Below, piece after piece: positions 1 to 9,103 of a DNA stretch of 64,000 bases (positions are counted from its first letter, which is position 1; every line of letters begins with the position of its first letter). Position numbers and translations under genes: made by a program. The stretch covers positions 108,279 through 172,278 of the forward strand of contig JAGOQR010000003.1 of the NCBI GenBank assembly GCA_017991415.1. Direction: 5' to 3'. This DNA is from Candidatus Magasanikiibacteriota bacterium. GTDB taxonomy: Bacteria; Patescibacteriota; Patescibacteriia; Magasanikbacterales; GWA2-37-8. Below the pieces are notes generated by a model. It worked only from the letters and a program-made list of their open reading frames with translations, made no database searches and was not told the origin of the DNA.

Positions 1-39
1 GCTTAAGAGGAAATCTAAAGATTATTAAAGTGATAAAAA

Positions 40-114
40 AGTGGATAAATTTGTATATACTAGTGTATACAACAGTGTATAACCCTGTGTATAAGTCTAT
101 TCACCTGTGGATAA
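40..114. promoter_or_regulatory. Two DnaA-box 9-mers (AGTGGATAA at 40-48, 8/9; TGTGGATAA at 106-114, 9/9 to the TTATCCACA consensus on the opposite strand), interleaved with TGTATACA palindromes.
   Basis: Direct 9-mer matching to the DnaA-box consensus. TGTATACA occurs at about 68-76 and 156-163. Confidence 0.5.
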
Positions 115-178
115 TCCCAAAACAATTTACTTATAATTAGCCAAAATACCATTTGTATACACTATTCTATACAACCCT

Positions 179-207
179 TTGACAAAACAGCAAAAAAATG
201 CTATAAT
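179..207 (+). promoter_or_regulatory. Consensus sigma70-type promoter: TTGACA, 17-nt spacer, TATAAT.
   Basis: Perfect -35 hexamer at 179-184, 17-nt spacer, perfect -10 hexamer at 202-207. Confidence 0.55.
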
Positions 208-213
208 TATTTA

Positions 214-559
214 TGTAGTTAGCTCTTTGAAACAACTACACACAACATATGTGCTTCCTAGCACATCTATGACTCTCAAACTGTAAAATGAGAAAGCGGG
301 CGAACAACTGCTCTCTGCGTAAATATAAAGCAGAACGGCAATGGCACGCCCAACTTCTTCCCGGGCAACCCCAATTAGTCAAAGCCTTCGGGCCACGACA
401 CGGGGCTCTACCCACAAGCGGTTGAGGTCAATTCTACTACTTTGGCTAGTAGCGTATATCCCCGTAAGGGGGAAATACCTCGCCTCCGTAGTATTTTCCA
501 AAGGCGATCCGCCTCTGTACCAATTTCACAATTGATCTAGAGGGTGATCGCCTTTTTTT
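214..559 (+). ncRNA. Candidate non-coding RNA of about 340 nt, identity unassigned. It is a GC-enriched unit (about 50% GC in a 30-35% GC context) between a consensus promoter and an intrinsic terminator.
   Basis: The promoter at 179-207 is followed by a GC-rich stretch with local hairpins (250-268; a CCCC-GTAA-GGGGG tetraloop hairpin near 459-473). The only ORF is a 64-aa low-quality frame. A long terminator hairpin at 503-552 is followed by T7. Confidence 0.3.
503..559 (+). terminator. Intrinsic terminator: GGCGATC/GATCGCC plus CCTCT/AGAGG interrupted stem, then TTTTTTT.
   Basis: Inverted repeat 503-552 followed by a T-run at 553-559. Confidence 0.55.
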
Positions 560-626
560 ATTTTCCAAGCTACCTACTAATTGACAGATTGGACTGTGGC
601 TGATAAGCTAGCTTTCTCAAAGAAAT

Positions 627-655
627 CAGTCATAAATGACTGCTTTCTTTTTTAC
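627..655 (+). terminator. Short hairpin (CAGTCAT/ATGACTG) followed by a T-rich run.
   Basis: Inverted repeat, then CTTTCTTTTTT. Confidence 0.3.
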
Positions 656-696
656 TAGAGATACTATATAATATACAAATACTAAGCTAACATTAT

Positions 697-1077
697 ATGT
701 CAAAAGTTAAATCAACATTTTCCCCTGAACTACTCAAAAAAATTGAAGTTCTGCTTATAGCAGAAAAAGCTAGACTAGAAAAAGAAGTAGCTAAATATTC
801 TAAAAAAAATAAAGGCGACGACGGCGTTTTTCCAGACTATGGAGACAAAGAAGATGAAAACGCAGCCGAAGTAGCCGAATACGTTGTAAACCTCTCTTTA
901 GAAGAGAGTCTCGAAAAATCTTTGCGCGACGCAGTTTCTGCTTTGGAAAGATTAAAAAAAGGTGTTTACGGCATCTGTAAATACTGCCAAAAACCTATTG
1001 AAGAAAAACGCTTATTGGCCAGACCAACCTCAAGCTCCTGTATGAGCTGCAAAAAAACTATTACTCAGGAGGTTTAA
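697..1077 (+). CDS. DksA/TraR-family C4-type zinc-finger protein.
   Basis: C-terminal CxxC-x17-CxxC (CKYCQ...CMSCKK) after a coiled-coil-like N-terminus. 126 aa. Confidence 0.7.
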   Translation: MSKVKSTFSPELLKKIEVLLIAEKARLEKEVAKYSKKNKGDDGVFPDYGDKEDENAAEVAEYVVNLSLEESLEKSLRDAVSALERLKKGVYGICKYCQKPIEEKRLLARPTSSSCMSCKKTITQEV

Positions 1078-1097
1078 CCCCTTTTCCTCTACCAAAT

Positions 1098-1565
1098 ATG
1101 CACTTCAAAAAAGCCCGCTTAGTCTTTATTACCAGCGGGCTTTTTTTATTGGTTGATCAATTTCTCAAGTGGCAAGCTACTCATAACTGGCAAACACCAC
1201 ACTTGCTTTTTCCTCATGTTGGCTGGGAATTATTCTTGAACACTGGCGCTGCGTTCAGCCTACCCATCAACAACAAACCAATACTCTTTTTTACACTTAT
1301 TATCATTTCATTAATAACCTATCTTCTTATAAAAGAGTTAAAAAAGGAACAACCATCACAGCCGCTCTTATTAGCTTGGTCAATAATTTTATCGGGGGCA
1401 TTATCCAATCTACTTGACCGCATACTGCATTCATATGTAATTGACTATCTAGTACTTGGCACAGCTATAATTAATCTTGCCGACATCTTAATCGTGTCAG
1501 GTTTATTAATTTATAGCACCGCACTTCTCCGTGAAAAAAAGAACAACCCTAGCTCTTCTCTTTAG
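1098..1565 (+). CDS. lspA: Lipoprotein signal peptidase (signal peptidase II).
   Basis: Motifs NTGAAFS, SGALSNLLDR, VIDYL and INLADI across four TM segments. Confidence 0.8.
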   Translation: MHFKKARLVFITSGLFLLVDQFLKWQATHNWQTPHLLFPHVGWELFLNTGAAFSLPINNKPILFFTLIIISLITYLLIKELKKEQPSQPLLLAWSIILSGALSNLLDRILHSYVIDYLVLGTAIINLADILIVSGLLIYSTALLREKKNNPSSSL

Positions 1566-1608
1566 CTTTATTTAGAATTCATAATTTAAGATATATAATA
1601 TAAAAATT

Positions 1609-3123
1609 ATGTTTCTTAAATTAAATTCAGCTGCTGCCATGGGACTTGATTGCCTGGCTGTAGACGTAGAAGTTGATATAAATAAAGGTCAGAGCGCTTT
1701 TACGGTGGTTGGACTTCCCGACGCTTCTATTCACGAAGCCAAGGACCGCATTCATTCTGCTTTAAAAAATTCTGGCTTTTCTTATCCTTTTAATTTTCGT
1801 ATTCTGGTAAATTTAGCTCCGGCAGACCTGCACAAAGAAGGTCCTGCCTACGATTTACCTATGGCTCTTGGCCTAATAGTAATCAGTAATAATTTAAAAA
1901 TAAATCTGGAAGATGCGCTTTTTGTAGGAGAGCTCGCACTCGATGGTAGCTTACGACATACCAACGGTATTTTACCCATTACAATTTTTGCCAAAAAGAC
2001 AGGAAAAAAGAAAATTTTTCTTCCCGCCACCAACGCCCCCGAAGCAGGGCTCGTAGAAAATATTGAGATTTTTGCTATACAAAATTTACAGCAACTTATC
2101 GACCATCTCACTGGAGCAAAAACAATACAGCCATATACAAGACCAAAAAAATATAACAACAGCATCTCACCTCAATACGAGTTGGACATGGCTATGATAA
2201 AGGGCCAAGAATTTGTTAAACGGGCCCTCGAAATTGCTGCCAGCGGGTCGCACAACATATTAATGAGCGGACCACCCGGATCTGGAAAAACACTGCTGGC
2301 CCGAAGTTTCCCTTCTATACTACCTCAACTTACAACCGATGAGGCCTTGGAAGTTACCAAAATTTATTCTGTAGCTGGCATGCTGCCAAACGGATTTGTC
2401 TCAGAAAGACCATTTAGATCCCCACATCATACTGCCTCTGGCGTATCACTTGTTGGCGGAGGAAGATATCCAAGGCCGGGCGAAATATCTTTGGCTCATC
2501 GTGGTGTTTTATTTCTAGACGAATTTCCAGAATTTCCTCGCACAGTTTTAGAAAGCTTGCGCCAACCCTTAGAAGACGGAGTTATCACCATCGCTCGGGC
2601 ACAAAATGTACTGACCTTTCCCGCCCGTTTTATTTTAGTTGCCAGTCAAAATCCTTGCCCGTGCGGACTCAAAACTGATCCTGACAGAGCTTGTGTTTGT
2701 GGCCCAGCTCAAATATTACGCTACCAGAAAAAAATCAGCGGGCCGCTTCTTGATCGTATAGACTTACATGTAGAAGTGCCACGTATTAAATTTGAAAAGT
2801 TGTCTTCTGACAGCTTGGCAGAATCTTCACAAAAAATCCGTCACAGAGTAGAAGAAGCAAGGAATATACAAACTATTCGATTTAAAAATATACCTATTCA
2901 TTGCAACAGTGAAATGCGTAATGCGGAGATACGAGAATATTGTAAATTAGATGATCAGTCTATAGACTTACTTCGAACCGCTGTCACTGCAATGCATTTA
3001 TCGGCCCGTGCCTACAACCGAATACTTAAACTTGCTCGCACTATTGCCGATTTAGGAAAAAGTGATAGAATTAGTTTGGAGCATGTGGCCGAAGCTCTGC
3101 AATTTAGAGCTCAGGCAGAATAA
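1609..3123 (+). CDS. comM: YifB/ComM-family Mg-chelatase-like AAA+ ATPase.
   Basis: N-terminal Lon-like domain, Walker A GPPGSGKT, Walker B LFLDE, C-terminal Cys cluster and helical domain. 504 aa. Confidence 0.85.
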   Translation: MFLKLNSAAAMGLDCLAVDVEVDINKGQSAFTVVGLPDASIHEAKDRIHSALKNSGFSYPFNFRILVNLAPADLHKEGPAYDLPMALGLIVISNNLKINLEDALFVGELALDGSLRHTNGILPITIFAKKTGKKKIFLPATNAPEAGLVENIEIFAIQNLQQLIDHLTGAKTIQPYTRPKKYNNSISPQYELDMAMIKGQEFVKRALEIAASGSHNILMSGPPGSGKTLLARSFPSILPQLTTDEALEVTKIYSVAGMLPNGFVSERPFRSPHHTASGVSLVGGGRYPRPGEISLAHRGVLFLDEFPEFPRTVLESLRQPLEDGVITIARAQNVLTFPARFILVASQNPCPCGLKTDPDRACVCGPAQILRYQKKISGPLLDRIDLHVEVPRIKFEKLSSDSLAESSQKIRHRVEEARNIQTIRFKNIPIHCNSEMRNAEIREYCKLDDQSIDLLRTAVTAMHLSARAYNRILKLARTIADLGKSDRISLEHVAEALQFRAQAE

Positions 3124-3149
3124 TTTAAAACAAACATCAACTAACACCT

Positions 3150-3884
3150 ATGAAACACCCCCTTTCGTTTGCAGCTGGACTATCGCTATTTATTCTTCTT
3201 GGTGCCGGCTGCACAAATAAAAACACCCAGCAAAACGAAAATTTTTTAATGCCACCCACTACTGAAAATAGATTTCAAGAGCCAACCCAAACAACCTCAA
3301 CGAACAACCAAACAACAACGCCAACAACCACCCCCTTAACTAACAACACTAACAAAAAACCTATGGACCTATCACAATACAAAACACCTATAATGCTCGT
3401 AGACCAAAACAAAACATACACCGCTAAATTAAAAACGACTGCTGGAGAAATAGATATTGCTCTCAATACAAAATCTACTCCTGTTACTGCAAACAATTTT
3501 ATTTTCTTATCCAAGAAAAATTTTTACGACAATGTTATTTTCCACCGAGTAATTAAAGGATTTATGATCCAAGGTGGCGATCCTACGGGCACTGGCACTG
3601 GTGGACCAGGTTATAAATTTAATGACGAACCTTTTACAGGAGAATACTCTAGAGGCACTGTAGCTATGGCCAACTCAGGCGCAAACACAAACGGCAGCCA
3701 ATTCTTTATTATGCATACCGACAACGCACTACCTCCTAATTATGTAATTTTTGGCAAAGTAGTTAGCGGACTTGAAACACTGGACGCAATCGCCGAAGCG
3801 CCAGTAACATATAACGAGATGGGAGAAAAATCAAAACCTATTGAACCGGTTAAAATCATATCTGTAGAGATTGTAGAAAAGTAA
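3150..3884 (+). CDS. ppiB: Cyclophilin-type peptidyl-prolyl cis-trans isomerase, lipoprotein, with an N-terminal T/N/P-rich linker.
   Basis: Signal peptide with LGAGC lipobox. Cyclophilin motifs FHRVIKGFMIQGGDP and GTVAMANSG..NGSQFFI. Confidence 0.85.
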   Translation: MKHPLSFAAGLSLFILLGAGCTNKNTQQNENFLMPPTTENRFQEPTQTTSTNNQTTTPTTTPLTNNTNKKPMDLSQYKTPIMLVDQNKTYTAKLKTTAGEIDIALNTKSTPVTANNFIFLSKKNFYDNVIFHRVIKGFMIQGGDPTGTGTGGPGYKFNDEPFTGEYSRGTVAMANSGANTNGSQFFIMHTDNALPPNYVIFGKVVSGLETLDAIAEAPVTYNEMGEKSKPIEPVKIISVEIVEK

Positions 3885-3887
3885 AAC

Positions 3888-3918
3888 AAAAGACCTCCTA
3901 TTACGGAGGTCTTTTTAA
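3888..3918. terminator. Bidirectional intrinsic terminator (AGACCTCC / GGAGGTCT hairpin, T-run on the plus strand, U-rich on the minus strand).
   Basis: Perfect 8-bp inverted repeat between convergent genes. Confidence 0.6.
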
Positions 3919-3920
3919 TT

Positions 3921-4487
3921 TTATTTCTTATTAACCGCTACTTCTTTTGGAGCTTTCTTCTTATAATATATCTCTACCTGAACTCTCTTTACCCCAAATT
4001 TCATAGCTTCAGCTCTAGTAGTATCTAACCAAATATCCATTCTGCCTAAACCGTAACGGGAATTCATACGATCCTCTACCACAAAAATCTTATCACCGTA
4101 TAAGGCTGGAATTTTAATTTGAGTACCAAAGGGCAACCCGTTAGCAGCAATCATACCATCATGCACTCTTTTGCCAGAAGCAGCAATAAAAGGTGAATCA
4201 TCGGTTTGACCAGGAGTGCTCGTATAAGCAGTAATTACCGCGTCTAGTACTCTATCTGGCTGTTGCTCGTCATTATCAGCCATGGCTAGCTTTATGCTAG
4301 TTTCAGGCTTACTAACAACTTTCTGATCGACATTAGCGATTTTTTGTGTAGAATTAGCCATATTTAGGTCAAAATTAGCTTTAACTACTAAAGGTACAGC
4401 TAATTGGCTAACCATAGCCACAGTTACTGATAATTTAACTGCTATTTCTAAGGCTTTTAGGGTGTTTTTTCTCTCAACTAAGCTCAT
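3921..4487 (-). CDS. 3D-domain protein (MltA/YuiC-like cell-wall-binding domain), membrane-anchored.
   Basis: N-terminal TM segment. C-terminal ITAYTSTPGQTDDSPFIAASGKRVHDGMIAAN...IKIP...D.RM resembles the 3D domain. Confidence 0.6.
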   Translation of the reverse strand: MSLVERKNTLKALEIAVKLSVTVAMVSQLAVPLVVKANFDLNMANSTQKIANVDQKVVSKPETSIKLAMADNDEQQPDRVLDAVITAYTSTPGQTDDSPFIAASGKRVHDGMIAANGLPFGTQIKIPALYGDKIFVVEDRMNSRYGLGRMDIWLDTTRAEAMKFGVKRVQVEIYYKKKAPKEVAVNKK

Positions 4488-4757
4488 ATTCTTATAAATT
4501 AAAAAGTATCCATATCGGATACCTTTGCTTAATTAACAGCAAAATATACCACAAATTAGCATTTTTGTCAATACCTCCAACCAACCATTCGCATAAACCT
4601 AATTTTTCCTTGACTAAGAAAATTCCTCAAAAAAATAATGGTAAATAGTACAAAAATGATATAAAATAATATAAAACAAATTAGAAGGTCTTACGGTTTA
4701 CAAGACGCGACATGTGTGCTAAAAATAATAGACATTTTGGCTTAAATATTAACTTTT

Positions 4758-7604
4758 ATGTCCTCTTCCCAACCTAGTCCTCGTAGGCATTATGGGCATT
4801 TGCCTGGCACAGAGTCTTTATTTCCAAAAGAAAAAAAGAAAAAAATTTTAAAAACCATAGGAATGTGGGCGGCTATTGGTTTAGCAGCCAGTTTTATTGT
4901 TGGCACTGGCGTTGTTGCCTGGATTAGCCGAGATCTTCCCGACCCAAACAAGCTTAACGACCGCCAGGTTTCTCAAAGCACCAAAATCTACGATCGCACT
5001 GGCGAACACCTTCTCTATGAGGTATACCAAAACCAAAAAAGAACTTTGGTAGAAATGGACCAAATTTCTGACTTTGCCAAAAAGGCTACTGTGGCAGTAG
5101 AAGACAAAAACTTTTACGAACATAGCGGCATACGCATCCAAAGTATTTTGCGTGCTCGTTTTAACAGCCTTATTGGCCGAAGAGCGGGTTCTGGCGGAGG
5201 CTCTACTCTCACCCAGCAGCTTATTAAAAATACTATTGTTGGCGATGAGCGCCGAGGCTTTGCTGGATATTTTAGAAAAATAAAAGAAGCTATTTTGGCC
5301 GTGCGATTAGAAAAAAAATATACCAAAGACCAAATTCTCAAACTATACTTAAATGAGATTCCGTACGGATCTACTAACTACGGTATTGAATCTGCGAGCC
5401 AGGCCTATTTCCAAAAAAAAGCAGCAGATTTAACTCTTGCCGAAGCAGCGACACTCGCTGCTATTCCTAAAGCACCAAGCCGATACCTAAAAGATCTGGA
5501 CGCTTTAAGAGACAGACGAGATTTGGTGCTAGCTCTTATGTTTGACCAAGGGATGATTACCGAAGAACAAAAAAAAGAAGCTCAGGGAGTGGCCCTACGA
5601 ATTTTTAGAAACTCTGGCCCAATGGAAGCTCCTCATTTTGTTTTATACGTAAAACAACTACTATCTGATCAGTTTGGAGAAAGAGCTATCGACGAGGGAG
5701 GTCTCAAGGTAATTACCTCTCTAGATTATGATAAACAAAAAATAGCAGAGAAAACAGTAAAGGAGCTCGGAGATAAAAATGCCAAAGACGCTAACGCAAA
5801 TAATGCTGCCCTAGTGGCTCTTGACCCAGAGACTGCCCAAATATTAGCTTTGGTTGGTTCTAGGGATTATTATAATGATGAAATTAACGGACAGTTTGAT
5901 GTGGCCACCCTAGGGAAACGTCAGCCAGGATCTTCTTTTAAACCATTTGTTTACACCGCTGCCTTTGAAAAAGGCTACACCCCCGAAACAGTTCTCTATG
6001 ACGTAGCAACTGAATTTGATGTACGAAGCGGAGGAAACACAACATACACTCCCAAAAACTATGACGGCAAAGATCATGGGCTGGTAACTATCCGCCGCGC
6101 CTTACAAGGCTCTCTTAATATTCCCGCAGTTAAGGCCCTATACTTGGTGGGAGTTAAAAACACCATAGAATTTGCCAAACGATTTGGTTACACTACCTTC
6201 ACCGGCGATTACGGCCTTAGCTTAGTGTTGGGTGGTGGAGAAGTAAATCTTCTAGAACATACTAACGCCTACGCTACTTTAGCAAACAACGGAACATACG
6301 ATGTGCCAGTAAGCATTTTAAAAGTAACTAACAGCGCTGGAGAAAACTTATATGAATGGAAAGCGGACGAAGGAAAAGAAGCAATTAAACCAGAAATTGC
6401 AGCTACTATTTCTAATGTACTTTCCGATGATGTTTCAAGAGCTTATATTTTCGGCGCTCGAGGAAACCTTACTCTTCCCGATCGTCCAGTAGCTGCCAAA
6501 ACAGGTACAACTAATGACAATAAAGATGCGTGGACTCTTGGATATGTGCCCTCACTAGCAGTGGGTGTTTGGGTAGGAAACACTATCCCTACCCCCATGA
6601 AAGCTGGTGGAAACGCTCTGGCTGGAACAATTTTTAACCGATTTATGAAAGAGGCATTAAAAGGTACTCCTGTAGAACCATTTCCAACCCCACCAATTAA
6701 CGATGCACAAAAACCAGTTTTACGGGGCGGAGATGGTGGTATCACTCTTAATATAAATTCAGAGACTGGTAAAATTGCAATTTCATCAACACCAAACAAC
6801 CTCATTACTCAAAGAACATACTTGCCTCCCCACGACATCCTACATTATGTAGACAAAGACGATCCGCGTGGCCCAGCGCCAGCTTTTCCAAATGACGACC
6901 CTCAATACGCTGGCTGGGAAGCTGGTCTCCAAGCATGGATGACCAAACAGCAGGCTGCTGGCGCTGTAACATTTCAAGAACCTCCCACCGAATATGATAG
7001 CGAACAATCTTCTGAACTCTCTCCAAAGATAGAGTTTATCTCCCCTGTCGAAGGCGGTGTGTTAAATTCAAGAGAAATAAAAATTGAAATAAAAGCAGTT
7101 GCTCCACGTGGCGTTACCAAAGTAATTTACCAAATTGACAACGAACATATCGGCACCACAAGCGTCTTCCCGTTTAGCTTTACCTACTACGCTCAAAAGC
7201 TCAGCAAAGGACCGCACACACTAAGTGCAGTTGCAGTTGATGATGCTGGCAACAGCTCAGAAAAAAGCATTACCTTTGGTATGCAGGCCGAACTTGACCC
7301 TCCCAACTTTGAATGGTTTGACGGCGAAACACTCACCCTGAAGGCTGATGATTTTCCTCGTGTATTTAACATTATACCTTTCCGATGGGATGATATGAAG
7401 AAGATTGATATTTACCTTTCTTCTGCAAACGGAGAACCAAGACTAATTTATAATTTCAACCACCAAGAAGACAAACTTTTCAACAACATGTTAACATTCA
7501 CCTGGAAACGTTCCCCTGGGATTGGCGAACACTCACTCAAAGCTATTTTAACCGATAACAACAACAAGACAACTGAAAAAACATTAGGGATTATAGTTGA
7601 ATAA
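4758..7604 (+). CDS. Class A penicillin-binding protein (GT51 transglycosylase plus transpeptidase) with a C-terminal extension of about 300 aa.
   Basis: N-terminal TM. GT51 motif EDKNFYEHSGI. Transpeptidase motifs SGSSFKPF (SxxK) and KTGTTND (KTG). 948 aa. Confidence 0.9.
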   Translation: MSSSQPSPRRHYGHLPGTESLFPKEKKKKILKTIGMWAAIGLAASFIVGTGVVAWISRDLPDPNKLNDRQVSQSTKIYDRTGEHLLYEVYQNQKRTLVEMDQISDFAKKATVAVEDKNFYEHSGIRIQSILRARFNSLIGRRAGSGGGSTLTQQLIKNTIVGDERRGFAGYFRKIKEAILAVRLEKKYTKDQILKLYLNEIPYGSTNYGIESASQAYFQKKAADLTLAEAATLAAIPKAPSRYLKDLDALRDRRDLVLALMFDQGMITEEQKKEAQGVALRIFRNSGPMEAPHFVLYVKQLLSDQFGERAIDEGGLKVITSLDYDKQKIAEKTVKELGDKNAKDANANNAALVALDPETAQILALVGSRDYYNDEINGQFDVATLGKRQPGSSFKPFVYTAAFEKGYTPETVLYDVATEFDVRSGGNTTYTPKNYDGKDHGLVTIRRALQGSLNIPAVKALYLVGVKNTIEFAKRFGYTTFTGDYGLSLVLGGGEVNLLEHTNAYATLANNGTYDVPVSILKVTNSAGENLYEWKADEGKEAIKPEIAATISNVLSDDVSRAYIFGARGNLTLPDRPVAAKTGTTNDNKDAWTLGYVPSLAVGVWVGNTIPTPMKAGGNALAGTIFNRFMKEALKGTPVEPFPTPPINDAQKPVLRGGDGGITLNINSETGKIAISSTPNNLITQRTYLPPHDILHYVDKDDPRGPAPAFPNDDPQYAGWEAGLQAWMTKQQAAGAVTFQEPPTEYDSEQSSELSPKIEFISPVEGGVLNSREIKIEIKAVAPRGVTKVIYQIDNEHIGTTSVFPFSFTYYAQKLSKGPHTLSAVAVDDAGNSSEKSITFGMQAELDPPNFEWFDGETLTLKADDFPRVFNIIPFRWDDMKKIDIYLSSANGEPRLIYNFNHQEDKLFNNMLTFTWKRSPGIGEHSLKAILTDNNNKTTEKTLGIIVE

Positions 7605-7617
7605 CATCTAAAATAAA

Positions 7618-7647
7618 AAGCACAAGGACTATCCTGTGTTTTTTATT
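7618..7647. terminator. Intrinsic terminator (CACAAGGA...TCCTGTG hairpin plus T-run) between convergent PBP and dnaN.
   Basis: Inverted repeat plus TTTTTT. Confidence 0.5.
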
Positions 7648-7661
7648 TTAAAATCTTAACC

Positions 7662-8783
7662 TTACTGTCTTATCGGCATCACAATATACACAAAACTTGT
7701 ATCGCCTTTGGGGGCAAAAATACAAGGACTGTCTGCGCTTATCACTTTAATAAGCGTGTTTTCTGTATCAATGTTTGCCAAACCATCTAAAACATACCTG
7801 TGATTGAGTAATATGTTATTTTTTTCTCCTTTAATTTCGGCCTGAATCTCTGATTTATGTTCTCCAGTTTGAGTCGACACTGAAGATATGAGCACTGCAC
7901 TACTTGCAGGCTCAAATTCAAAGTTTACTGCATTTACACCAGTTGTTGTAAACAGGCTAGCTGCTTTAATTTCTTTTATAATTTGGTTTGTAGAAAATTC
8001 GGCTGTTGTTTTAAATTCTTTTGGAATGATCTGAGTGTAGTCTGGGTAGGTACCATCTACCAACCTGGAAACCAACTCAGCATCATTACAGCGTAAGACA
8101 ATCTGATTCTCTGTTAGTAGCAACCGCACGTTGCGTTCGTTTTCTAAACCTTTTGACAAGGTCAAAATATGACTAATTTCTTGGGCTGTACGTGCAGGGA
8201 TTATCACTCGTACTTTTTCTTCACCTTGTATTACTTTTACTTTTTTTTCTGCTAATCTATAGCTATCGGTGGCAGCCATACTTAACACCCCAGCCTCATC
8301 ATTAAAATTAAATAACACCCCGGCTAACTCAGGTCTTATTTCATTTTTGGAAGCAGCTTGGGAAACTTGTCCCAAACCTCCTTTTAACGCATCAATGTCT
8401 ATTAAATAACCTTTTCCTTCGCCAACTACAGGAACAACCGGAAACTCATCTGCTGGCGCACCTTTGATTTTTGTAGAAGACCTACCGCTTACTACCTGTA
8501 ATTCATTTTCTTGTAACGAAATCTCAACCTTCTCTTCTGAGAGTAAATTTACAAAATCGCTTAACGTTCTAGCTGGAACCGTAAAAACACCAGGTACTTC
8601 TACTTTTGCTCGAAGGTTGGAAGTTATTGCCAATTCTAGGTTAGTCGCCAAAAATTCAACTTTTTGTTCAGAGGCTCGAATAAGAACATTCCCTAAAATA
8701 GGAAGATTAAGATTTTTTCCAGCTACTCCAATTACAAGTGCCAGGGCTTTTGACAAGTTCTCCTTTGTACAAAAGAATTTCAT
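7662..8783 (-). CDS. dnaN: DNA polymerase III beta sliding clamp.
   Basis: 373 aa with the three-domain clamp pattern. Located immediately downstream of dnaA. Confidence 0.9.
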   Translation of the reverse strand: MKFFCTKENLSKALALVIGVAGKNLNLPILGNVLIRASEQKVEFLATNLELAITSNLRAKVEVPGVFTVPARTLSDFVNLLSEEKVEISLQENELQVVSGRSSTKIKGAPADEFPVVPVVGEGKGYLIDIDALKGGLGQVSQAASKNEIRPELAGVLFNFNDEAGVLSMAATDSYRLAEKKVKVIQGEEKVRVIIPARTAQEISHILTLSKGLENERNVRLLLTENQIVLRCNDAELVSRLVDGTYPDYTQIIPKEFKTTAEFSTNQIIKEIKAASLFTTTGVNAVNFEFEPASSAVLISSVSTQTGEHKSEIQAEIKGEKNNILLNHRYVLDGLANIDTENTLIKVISADSPCIFAPKGDTSFVYIVMPIRQ

Positions 8784-9103
8784 ATTTTAAGGTTTAGTTA
8801 AAAAGTTTTTGTGTTGTTGATAAGTAACTGCTATTTGTCGTCTATTAACGGTTAATTTATATATTTATATATTTGATAACCGCCTTTATAATGGGGTGGA
8901 TAAGTGGGATAACCGCGAAAAGATCTTATGCCAAGCACCTTTTTAACTTTTTGGTTTGTGGGTAAATCAGGGGAACGTAGGTGAAAAAGCGTGTGTGAAA
9001 CTTTTACTTTTTCTTTGTGTTGTTGATAACTTTTGTAAAAGTGAGAGAAAAGTTAATACTTTTTTAACTTTTTACCAGGGTTATCAACAGGTTATTAACT
9101 TTT
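8784..9103. promoter_or_regulatory. oriC-type region between dnaN and dnaA with at least 5 DnaA-box-like 9-mers and an AT-rich candidate unwinding element.
   Basis: TGTTGATAA at 8815-8823, GGTGGATAA at 8895-8903, TGTGGGTAA at 8957-8965, TGTTGATAA at 9021-9029, TTATCAACA at 9081-9089 (each 8/9 to consensus). ATATTTATATATTT at about 8860-8875. Confidence 0.6.

Noticed and set aside
341-535. 64-aa ORF (MARPTSSRATPISQ...) inside the GC-rich promoter-to-terminator unit
   Set aside because: Arg/Ser/Thr-rich composition typical of a frame through structured GC-rich RNA. No SD. The region is better explained as non-coding RNA.
214-559. Attempted assignment of the candidate ncRNA to RNase P RNA, tmRNA or SRP RNA
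   Set aside because: None of the universal motifs is present (GGAAAGUCCGG / ACAGAANCCGGCUUA for RNase P; GGUUCGAxUCC T-arm plus ACCA for tmRNA; the GGAAG domain IV bulge for SRP). It is left unassigned rather than forcing a family.
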